From assembly GCA_046350615.1 (NCBI GenBank), contig JAXMAA010000001.1:8480-72479 (forward strand): a stretch of DNA of 64,000 bases, read 5' to 3'. A program made the translations under genes and the position numbers. Each line of letters opens with the position of its first letter. Positions within the stretch are counted from its first letter, which is position 1. Source of the DNA: Candidatus Saccharimonadales bacterium. Its GTDB lineage: Bacteria > Patescibacteriota > Saccharimonadia > Saccharimonadales > UBA7683. A model generated the notes under the pieces. That model did no database searches. It was given only the letters and a program-made list of their open reading frames with translations, and had not been told where the DNA came from. Of the stretch, positions 18,164-26,122 are shown one piece after another.

Positions 18164-18560
18164 GAGGATGTCTGAGGCCTGATGTAATCAGGCCGAGTTC
18201 CGCAGGCTCCAGAGTATGACAAGGTTTGGCGACCATCGTGCTTTTTGAATCTAGGCGGTGCTTTTGTTTTACTTTTGGCAGCAAAAGTAATGAAAGAAGA
18301 GTATAAGATAGTATCTCTAGGTATTTCTCCTTACCACTTTTGGCAGCAAAAGTGGAGCAAAACTGCCAACCAGAACTCACCAAGACGATGTTACGAGCAG
18401 TCAGTACCTCTCGGGCTGCTGCGGAACTCGCTCTCCTTGTTCGCTCAGACATCCTCACAGCGCCGGGAGCTACTAACTGCTCTCCACTCGGTTGGATCGA
18501 TGGTTGGGTGGGCTGCAGCGGCACAGGAGAGTCTTGCTGTTTTGGGTATTCTCATTTCAG
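18164..18560. ncRNA. Unknown conserved structured intergenic element, copy 1
   Basis: Shares perfect blocks with 48905-49185: a 23-mer at 18366-18388, an 11-mer at 18419-18429, an 8-mer at 18449-18456 and a 27-mer at 18482-18508. The hairpin ACTTTTG-GCAG-CAAAAGT occurs twice (18271, 18336). The strand is unresolved. Confidence 0.4.
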
Positions 18561-18818
18561 ATTTGCTTGCCCACCGTAGCTTTAGCGAAGGCGGATTTAG
18601 TATTTATTTGTATTTTGGTGCTTGGAATTTGAGATTACATCCGTAAATATGCTTATTATTTACTGCTTTTGACAAGCATAAAAGGTTACATCTAGTGTGT
18701 TCATGTATTTGGAATACCTGCTATTTAGTGCTATAATTTGTGCATATACGAGAAAACGTATTGACTTTCAAAAATATATGTATTAAAATATGGTAAATCC
18801 ACAATAAATTAAGTTAAT

Positions 18819-19868
18819 TTGCAAGAGGAAGTTATGGAACAGACAACCAATCTCGACATCAAGAAGGCAGCCAAGGAAATCTTGGAGACAATTGAGCGTG
18901 ATCGCGAACGCGAAATCATTGCCCGTCGATTTGGTCTGTATGACCGAAAAGAAACCCTCGAACAGATTGGCGAACTTCTCGGTATTACCCGTGAACGGGT
19001 TAGACAGCTTGAAAAGGCTATTCTTATTCGCCTGAAGATTGCTGCCGAGAAGGGTGAACTTCCGCACATGCAGGAAGTTGAGAAAGAATTTATCAAGCAG
19101 CTTTCTGAAATGGGCCGAGTTGCTCGTGTCAGTGATCTTGCTGAAAAAGTAGGGGATACCGGCGACGAACGAGATCGTGCACATGTGGCTTTTCTCGCAA
19201 CGCTCGCGCCCAAGCTTTCAGTACTGGATGAAAACGATGATTATCATCAAGCAGTCGCTATCAAAGAGCACTACGATGAAAAAACCTTAAGAGATCGTGT
19301 CTCTGACATTGTGAAGACCATCAAAACTCACGGCCAGCCACTGACTATTACTCAACTCCACGAGAAGGTCAGCGGCTACGAACACCCAGACCACGTTCGC
19401 GCGATCGCAAGTGCCAGCAAGAATCTTGCAAACCTGAAAGACCAGTGGGGTCACATAAAATGGCCACTAGTTAATCCGAAGAATATTCGTGATAAGATCT
19501 ACGTAATTTTGCAGGAAAACGAAAAGCCCATGCACTTTTCTGAAATCTCCGAAAAAATCAAAGATTCTGATTTTAAGCGCAAAGACGTTACTACTCAGGC
19601 TATTCATAACGAGCTCATTAAAGATGCTCGTTTTGTATTAATTGGCCGCGGTATCTATGCCCTCAAAGAATGGGGCTACAGCAAGGGAACCGTATCTGAT
19701 ATCATCACCAAAATCTTGAAGAAATCGAAAGAGCCAATGCACCGCGACGACATCGTCCGTGAGGTCCTCAAGAGCCGCCAGGTAAAAGAAACGACCATTC
19801 TACTTAACCTCCAGGGCAAGCCACAGTTCAAACGAGTGGCAAAAGCCACCTACGAACTCGCTGAGTAG
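18819..19868 (+). CDS. Sigma-70 region-4-like HTH plus HARE-HTH domain protein
   Basis: IIARRFGL..TLEQIGELLGITRERVRQLEKAIL (sigma r4), then MHFSEISEKI...IGRGIYALKEWGY (HARE-HTH, RpoE-delta-like). The start may be the ATG at 18834. Confidence 0.7.
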   Translation: MQEEVMEQTTNLDIKKAAKEILETIERDREREIIARRFGLYDRKETLEQIGELLGITRERVRQLEKAILIRLKIAAEKGELPHMQEVEKEFIKQLSEMGRVARVSDLAEKVGDTGDERDRAHVAFLATLAPKLSVLDENDDYHQAVAIKEHYDEKTLRDRVSDIVKTIKTHGQPLTITQLHEKVSGYEHPDHVRAIASASKNLANLKDQWGHIKWPLVNPKNIRDKIYVILQENEKPMHFSEISEKIKDSDFKRKDVTTQAIHNELIKDARFVLIGRGIYALKEWGYSKGTVSDIITKILKKSKEPMHRDDIVREVLKSRQVKETTILLNLQGKPQFKRVAKATYELAE

Positions 19869-19906
19869 AGCTGTAAAATCATCAATTAAAATACGGCGAC
19901 CTTAAT

Positions 19907-20521
19907 ATGAGCACGCGATTTTCATCAACAGCTCCCGGCGAACTAGGTATAGAAACGCTCGAGGCCGTGGAACGCATGCTCACTACACCTAATCGGGAGC
20001 TTATTTATCATGGAGCTCCTGATGATTTAAGGCCGCTTGCAACCAGTAACCGAGATCAGATTGAGTTCTCACTAGCCGCACAACTGCCCAAATTCTTGGC
20101 TTTTGATCCCGAGGTTGTGTTGTTTACGGCATGCTCTGCCACACCTATGGTCGATGTTTTTCGTGGCATTTATGATGCCTTATTTGATCAAGAGGTGCCC
20201 GACCTAGAGTTGGTTCACGTTACACAACGCAAGTCACTCCATGTTGCCGAAGATCGAGAGGTACTACGGTTAAAAGAAGTTGTCGCCGATAGAAGAGTAG
20301 CGATCGTTGATCAATTTGTTTGCTATGGCGGAAGTATTCTGAGGGGGAATACTATTGCAGAAAGATGCGGCGCAGACAACAGCTTACTGATACCTGGTAG
20401 ATGGTATGGCAATTTTGCAAGGGCAAGAGTAAATCAATCTGTGGTAACAACTCGCTCGCGACGACTGGCCAATGAACTTATGAGAATTGGCTCAAAGATC
20501 GCAAAAACTACAGCCAGCTGA
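19907..20521 (+). CDS. Hypothetical protein, possible phosphoribosyltransferase-like fold
   Basis: RRVAIVDQFVCYGGSIL resembles the PRTase PRPP-binding motif. Otherwise unassigned. Confidence 0.4.
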   Translation: MSTRFSSTAPGELGIETLEAVERMLTTPNRELIYHGAPDDLRPLATSNRDQIEFSLAAQLPKFLAFDPEVVLFTACSATPMVDVFRGIYDALFDQEVPDLELVHVTQRKSLHVAEDREVLRLKEVVADRRVAIVDQFVCYGGSILRGNTIAERCGADNSLLIPGRWYGNFARARVNQSVVTTRSRRLANELMRIGSKIAKTTAS

Positions 20522-20538
20522 TAGTATAAGAGAAGAAC

Positions 20539-20769
20539 ATGCTTAAGTTTTTGCTGACAAGTTGGTGGCTTTATATTCCGATTATCGGCGTTTTACTCTA
20601 TTTAACCCGGCGGAATAATCAGAAGATTAAGGCTATAAAAGCGCAACGCACAGAACGGGGTGGTCACAGTTTCCACAAGCAAGCTTCGGTTAAGTCTACA
20701 CGGATTAAAAAGGCGGCTGGTAAACTCGGCCTAAGTGGCGCAGCAAGCCATCTTCACCGCTCAAAGTAG
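20539..20769 (+). CDS. Small basic membrane protein
   Basis: One N-terminal TM segment followed by a Lys/Arg-rich tail; ORF evidence only. Confidence 0.35.
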   Translation: MLKFLLTSWWLYIPIIGVLLYLTRRNNQKIKAIKAQRTERGGHSFHKQASVKSTRIKKAAGKLGLSGAASHLHRSK

Positions 20770-21181
20770 ACAAATGCAGCATATGCCGTCATTCTTGACT
20801 TGATTAGGGGCGTAGTTAGCACGATATACCGTAAACTCGAAATACTAAAAATACGATCAAAACACAGTAGTGTAGACAAAATACGAACATTATCGTTGTC
20901 TGTGATTGTAAGCTCTAAGCACGGAAGCATGTTCGTTAGCACAATAATTCAAACACTCGCACTAAATCCGCTGTGGCATGTCGGTCAATTGTAAATGTAC
21001 AAAATACGAACATTCAATAACGGTATCGTGGGGCGTGGAACCAAAATACGGCATACATTAAATCTCAAATATACAAGGTACGGTAGGTGATGAGAACGCA
21101 AATCAAGAACATGTAAGCAAAACGAGATTATTAAGCATAAGAAAGATGAGTGCGCATATGCGACTTTGAGATGGTATCGTA

Positions 21182-21209
21182 ATGTCGCACAATGTATATT
21201 TTGCGACAT
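21182..21209. other. Candidate dif-like Xer recombination site (11-6-11)
   Basis: ATGTCGCACAA-TGTATA-TTTTGCGACAT. The arms are inverted repeats matching at 10 of 11 positions. The central hexamer equals the E. coli dif spacer TGTATA. The site lies in a gene-free convergent zone. Confidence 0.4.
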
Positions 21210-21645
21210 ATAATAAATCTCCCCCTGGTGGGCGCAAGTTACTCCCCAGCAGGGGACTTTCTGCAGGTATGCCACTAAAAAACGCCTCCATCCACCCGTA
21301 AACTTACTTTAAATCTGCCGGTATCCGTGCAGCCGCTACACCACGTGATGCACTCTACAACCGCACACTAATTTGACTTTTCCACAATACCTTGTGAAAA
21401 GTTGCATTTTTGACATTTTCATGCCGCAATGTTTTTATACTGCTCTCTCCCCTCCATCATGTGGTTTTTGCATAATTTGCTTTTTTCTATTTTTATATGT
21501 TTTATAGACTTTTTTCAGAAATAAAACACTCGAACAAAATACGAACATGAAGAGAAGAGAGGAAAGCGTGGTTCGTGGTTCGTTCTAATTATGGCCGCTC
21601 CGTCATGTTTTCATGAACGGCTTACAACCCACCAAGCTAAACTCC

Positions 21646-22581
21646 CTATTTATAGAATGCTTTGTGCGGCGTCCGTAAATCAATATACTCAGCAGGCGTG
21701 ATATTCTTGGCCTTAAGATAGCCCAGCAACGAGCCCAACTCCCCTACTTGCTCCGGAAGTGGCCGTGTAGAACTAAGCTTAACAATATAGGCCTGCGAGC
21801 TTAACTGTACCTGCACTTCTCTTGTTGAACGTGGCACAATAACTCGGCTAACCTTTACATCACCACCTCCGTATACGGATGGTATCTGATTATGTAGTTG
21901 GCCGATAAACTGAATGAGTTGTGTGCTCAAAACTGATGCTCCTGCATCAAGCGCCACACCACTTTGATCTTCAATCTGGGTCAGTCTATTAATTTGTACA
22001 CTGGGGTCGAGGTTTCTAGAAAATAATACACCGTTTGCATCGACAAATTGCTGTGTGTTACTTACATCCTTCCACACAAAAACTGGCTTTCTGAAACGAA
22101 CGTCAACCTTCAGCGCGGCACTAATGGGGGCCGTTTGAGAAACTTCAAGCCACTGTATCTCCGGATACTGCTTTGTTATAGCACTCTTCAGGCCCGCCTC
22201 ATCTAGCAGCCAAGACTGTCCTAAAACTGTATGTTCGTGGTATGCGCGCAGTATACTCGCTTGATACTGATCCGCGAGTTCAGTTGTCAGTTTGGTCGAA
22301 GCATTACTGCGTAACTGCACTCTTGTAATCTGCATTCGATAGCCCAACGCTACAATAAGGCATAGACCCACTAGGGCGAGTGTTCTATTACGAACAATCC
22401 GGCGAGCGAGTAGTTTTTTACGATCCTGTTGCCTCTGGGTTACAGACTGTTGCCGTGCTGCCATTTCACGCTGCGAACGGGAAATAACCACATTGTTACG
22501 CCTAAACACCTCACCAATACCAGCCTTTGGCTGACGTGTACGTACTGATGCAAATGATTGTTCTTTTTTTTTGCGAAACAT
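21646..22581 (-). CDS. ftsQ: Cell division protein FtsQ/DivIB-like (TM plus POTRA)
   Basis: Basic N-terminus, one TM segment (LALVGLCLIVALGY), a POTRA-like segment, and a position directly after murG. Confidence 0.7.
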   Translation of the reverse strand: MFRKKKEQSFASVRTRQPKAGIGEVFRRNNVVISRSQREMAARQQSVTQRQQDRKKLLARRIVRNRTLALVGLCLIVALGYRMQITRVQLRSNASTKLTTELADQYQASILRAYHEHTVLGQSWLLDEAGLKSAITKQYPEIQWLEVSQTAPISAALKVDVRFRKPVFVWKDVSNTQQFVDANGVLFSRNLDPSVQINRLTQIEDQSGVALDAGASVLSTQLIQFIGQLHNQIPSVYGGGDVKVSRVIVPRSTREVQVQLSSQAYIVKLSSTRPLPEQVGELGSLLGYLKAKNITPAEYIDLRTPHKAFYK

Positions 22582-22649
22582 CTGTTTATTTGCTACTTTC
22601 TATTACGTCTAGTATACCGCAAGAACCAACCAAAGACCACGCATGACGT

Positions 22650-23816
22650 TTATTGCGGAGTTGATGCAAGAATAATATGTGCCAGTTCTACAGCAGCGTG
22701 CGGTTTGGCAAATTCATCATGGAGGGTCTGGGCCAGTTGCTGCGAGTGCTCTGGATTTTTTTGTAACTGTTCGATGGCTGAAAGTAGCTCCGAGCCATCA
22801 TCAGAGAACGTTGTTTCATCAAGCGCGATAATGGCTTCCTTCGATGCAAAAAAGGCGGCATTTTGCTTTTGATCATCGAGATTGTGACTTGGAACACCAA
22901 TCACGGCCTTCTGAGCATTTGCACACTCCTGAACAGTACTTGCACTTGTACGACAAATAACCAAATCAGACGCCAAAAGACGTGGAAGCATTTCGGCAAA
23001 TTCCTCAATCTGCCAGTGTTGTTGTTGAGATTGTGGTAGAGCCTCTCGCACTGCCCGAAGCTCAACGTCCTTGCCTCTGCCGGCAAGATTGATGATACTC
23101 CAACCATCACCAATAAGCTTGCGCGCGATAGCCGTTATTTGAGCGTTCAGTGTTGCGGCGCCCTTCCCGCCCCCGGTCACAAGCAACAATGGTCGATCGG
23201 CAGCCAGCCCGAGATCGTTTTTATATACTTTCTGCTTTTTACTGTTGACCGGTTGATATGACCTCTGTACTGGGATACCTACGTACTTCATTTTCTGCTG
23301 AGGATATGGGTAAAAAGATGTTGGCATACCCGTAGCAATCGTTTGCGCCCAACGCGCAAGGATACGGTTAGTCAAGCCTGGACGAGTATCAGAATCATGA
23401 ATGATGAGTGGAACTCTAAATAAACGAGCGGTAAAACCAATTGGCACACAGACAAAACCGCCTTTGCAAAAAACAACATCAGGTTTATGCATCAAAAAAT
23501 ACACTATAGATTGCACTAACCCAGCTCCGAGCAGTACAATATCTCGAGCATTTTTTAGAAGTGTTGGCACATGCGTTATATGCCATAACAGAGATTTGCT
23601 CTTATATCTACGGTACTTCCCCGAAAAAATTTTTTTAAGTTGAACTTTCTCAATATCCTTAAAAATAGCCTGCGTTTCCTTGTAGAAACCTCGGTCTGTC
23701 ACGACAGTTATTGAAAGGTTATCTACATTCGCCTCTTCATTTAATTCGCTAATGATTGCCTTTAGCGGTGTGACATGTCCGCCTGACCCGCCACCGGCTA
23801 GTAGTACCCTAGCCAC
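22650..23816 (-). CDS. murG: Lipid II synthase MurG (UDP-GlcNAc transferase)
   Basis: N-terminal GGGSGGHVTP loop, C-terminal LVICRTSASTVQE region, and dcw context. Confidence 0.9.
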   Translation of the reverse strand: MARVLLAGGGSGGHVTPLKAIISELNEEANVDNLSITVVTDRGFYKETQAIFKDIEKVQLKKIFSGKYRRYKSKSLLWHITHVPTLLKNARDIVLLGAGLVQSIVYFLMHKPDVVFCKGGFVCVPIGFTARLFRVPLIIHDSDTRPGLTNRILARWAQTIATGMPTSFYPYPQQKMKYVGIPVQRSYQPVNSKKQKVYKNDLGLAADRPLLLVTGGGKGAATLNAQITAIARKLIGDGWSIINLAGRGKDVELRAVREALPQSQQQHWQIEEFAEMLPRLLASDLVICRTSASTVQECANAQKAVIGVPSHNLDDQKQNAAFFASKEAIIALDETTFSDDGSELLSAIEQLQKNPEHSQQLAQTLHDEFAKPHAAVELAHIILASTPQ

Positions 23817-25060
23817 TACACCGCTCCCCTTCTTGCAGTCCGCAGGCTATGGCTACGGCTCGGCTGATCGCTTGGAGAGTTATGGCCCAATTGTGTATAG
23901 CGTGAAATATGAAAAACCACACCAAGAGCAGCTAGTGTAAATATCAGGCTCGTTCCTCCGAAGCTTAAGAGTGGTAAAGTCACCCCTGTGAGAGGCATAA
24001 TGCTTAGCATCGCTCCGACATTAACAAATGCCTGCACCGTCATCCATGCAAACACTCCCCCACTGACAAGTTTAAGATAGTTATTGGGCGCTCGGCTCAC
24101 AATACCGATCAGCCGAAAAAGCAACGCACCATACACACTAAATACTACAATCATCCCTAAAAAACCAAACTTTTCTGCCATAATCGCGAAGATTGAATCA
24201 TTCGCCGCCTCAGGCAGATATCCATAAGCTTGCACACTGCGTCCGAGACCCTTTCCAAACATGCCACCGCTGCCAACCGCAATGAGGGCTTGGTTAATAT
24301 GATAGCCGCTACCGCTCGCATCGGCTTCAGGGTTAAGAAATGTCAGCACCCGAGCACGCCGATGCCCGGCGCTTGCAATTGCTAGAACGCCACCAATAGC
24401 AATAATGCCCACCACAAACCAAAATCGCTTTAATGAAATACCGCTCAGATACAGCATAGCGAGCATAATTGCCACAATAGGAATCATCGTTCCGAGATCC
24501 TTCTGCAAAACAACAATTTCCAGGCCGATCAAAGCCATTATCACCAAAAAAGCCCTTACAGTTACCGATGCATTAAGTGATCCGTTTTTAATCCGTGAGG
24601 TAAAGAAGAGTGCGAGATTAAAGATCAGCCCAAATTTGAGTAACTCCGCTGGCTGGTAATTAATTGGCCCAATATGCACCCAGCGAGTAGCACCTCCATA
24701 GGCAAGGCTCAGCGCTGGAATAAGCAGAAAAAAGAACGAGAGGATCGCAAACCAAAGTATATACTTTTGAATAAATGACCAGAATGCGAGTGGTATGATG
24801 CTGGCTACTGTAAACACGCTAAAACCAAGCCCTAGAAAGAAGAGTTGTCGATACATAAAATGGTTAGGATCAACATCACCAACCAATTGCGCACTGATAG
24901 CTGGACTCACCGAATATATCACCACGAGGCCGATGGACAACAATATGACAATACAAAGCATCAAGATATAATCGGGACGATGTCTTCTGCCAAGATCTTC
25001 CCTGCCGCTTTTTGCTGATTGGCGAGGGCAGCGAGCTGATTGAGTTGATCTCGGCATCAT
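23816..25060 (-). CDS. ftsW: SEDS-family peptidoglycan polymerase FtsW/RodA
   Basis: Multi-TM protein with PAELLKF, GYHINQALIAVGSGGMFGKGLG and LPEAANDSIFA motifs. Confidence 0.9.
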   Translation of the reverse strand: MMPRSTQSARCPRQSAKSGREDLGRRHRPDYILMLCIVILLSIGLVVIYSVSPAISAQLVGDVDPNHFMYRQLFFLGLGFSVFTVASIIPLAFWSFIQKYILWFAILSFFFLLIPALSLAYGGATRWVHIGPINYQPAELLKFGLIFNLALFFTSRIKNGSLNASVTVRAFLVIMALIGLEIVVLQKDLGTMIPIVAIMLAMLYLSGISLKRFWFVVGIIAIGGVLAIASAGHRRARVLTFLNPEADASGSGYHINQALIAVGSGGMFGKGLGRSVQAYGYLPEAANDSIFAIMAEKFGFLGMIVVFSVYGALLFRLIGIVSRAPNNYLKLVSGGVFAWMTVQAFVNVGAMLSIMPLTGVTLPLLSFGGTSLIFTLAALGVVFHISRYTQLGHNSPSDQPSRSHSLRTARRGAV

Positions 25061-26109
25061 AGCGTGAGATGCCCTCCCAGTACCGCAATAAGCAATCCCA
25101 GTACTGCGGCTATTTGCCCGAGTACCCAGAAGCGCATAGTCACTTTTGTCTCTGGCCAGCCGATAGCCTCAAAATGATGATGAATTGGTGCCGAAAGAAA
25201 CACCTTTCGTTTGAAAACCTTTTTTGAAAATAGCTGCACGCCGGCCGAACCCACTTCAACCACAAATACGACCCCAATAACAGGTATGAGTAGCACGGCA
25301 TTTAGCATAATTGCCACAACCGCAAGCGTCGTTCCAAACGCAAAACTACCAACATCACCCATAAAAAAACGTGCTGGAAAGATGTTGAACCATAAATAAC
25401 TCAGTAATACACCAACCAGAGTGAGACAAAAACCAGCAATACCAAAGTTACCTTGCAAAAATGCAATGAGCGCAAACGCAGAAAAAGCAGTTACCAAAAG
25501 TCCGCCAGCTAAACCGTCGAGACCGTCGGTAATGTTCACTGCATTAGCGGTAGCAATGATGACAAACACGAAGCCAAGCAACAGGAGCGGTGCAGCTAGC
25601 ATAATATCACCTACAAATGGCACATGAATCGACTGATAGCCAAGCTTGTATACAAACCAGTAACTTAATGTTCCGGCAATAAGTGCCGTAAGTAGTAGCT
25701 TTATCTTAAAATTTAACCCTGCCGTTCCCCTACCGCTGCTACGCAAATTAAAGACATCATCAAGTAAACCGATAAGTCCCGCCCCGACAGCTGCAGCGAG
25801 TGGTAGATACGTTTGGCCGCGATCGAGGTTGAATGCAAGCGTTACCACACTGAGTGCTAGTAGACTCACTGCGCCAGCCATGGTTGGAATATTTCGTTTA
25901 TGCTTCTCAGCATGCATTTTGTGAAGCACCTCGGCTTTCTCGCCGCTGACGGCATCAGTTCGCAACTTCTTCCACCACTGATGTTTAAAAGCAAATCTTG
26001 TGTACAGTGGTGTTAGTAGCATAGAAACCGCAAAGCCCGCAAAGCCAAGTGCTAAAAATGGTTTGAGATTCTCTAGTATAAGTTGAACGCTTATTGGTGT
26101 TTGCTGCAT
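25057..26109 (-). CDS. mraY: Phospho-N-acetylmuramoyl-pentapeptide transferase MraY
   Basis: KRNIPTMAG, NAVNITDGLDGLA, FMGDVGSFAFG, APIHHHFE motifs. Confidence 0.95.
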   Translation of the reverse strand: MQQTPISVQLILENLKPFLALGFAGFAVSMLLTPLYTRFAFKHQWWKKLRTDAVSGEKAEVLHKMHAEKHKRNIPTMAGAVSLLALSVVTLAFNLDRGQTYLPLAAAVGAGLIGLLDDVFNLRSSGRGTAGLNFKIKLLLTALIAGTLSYWFVYKLGYQSIHVPFVGDIMLAAPLLLLGFVFVIIATANAVNITDGLDGLAGGLLVTAFSAFALIAFLQGNFGIAGFCLTLVGVLLSYLWFNIFPARFFMGDVGSFAFGTTLAVVAIMLNAVLLIPVIGVVFVVEVGSAGVQLFSKKVFKRKVFLSAPIHHHFEAIGWPETKVTMRFWVLGQIAAVLGLLIAVLGGHLTL

Positions 26110-26122
26110 AGTATTCTTCCTA

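Noticed and set aside
18075-18524. Long ORFs over the unknown element (18075-18524 minus, 18245-18646 plus, 48701-49231 minus, 48792-49082 plus) as protein-coding genes or pseudogene copies.
   Set aside because: The shared nucleotide blocks fall in different reading frames in the two copies, and the translations are low-complexity. Conservation is therefore at the nucleotide or structure level, not the protein level.
20770-21645. The gene-free zone as the chromosomal replication origin (DnaA-box-like TTTTCCACA pair plus AT-rich tract).
   Set aside because: The flanking genes converge on the zone rather than diverge from it. No dnaA, dnaN or other origin-linked genes are nearby. Only one perfect box was seen here, and an identical 9-mer also occurs upstream of mraZ at 30473-30481. 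A terminus or regulatory interpretation is preferred but not proven.
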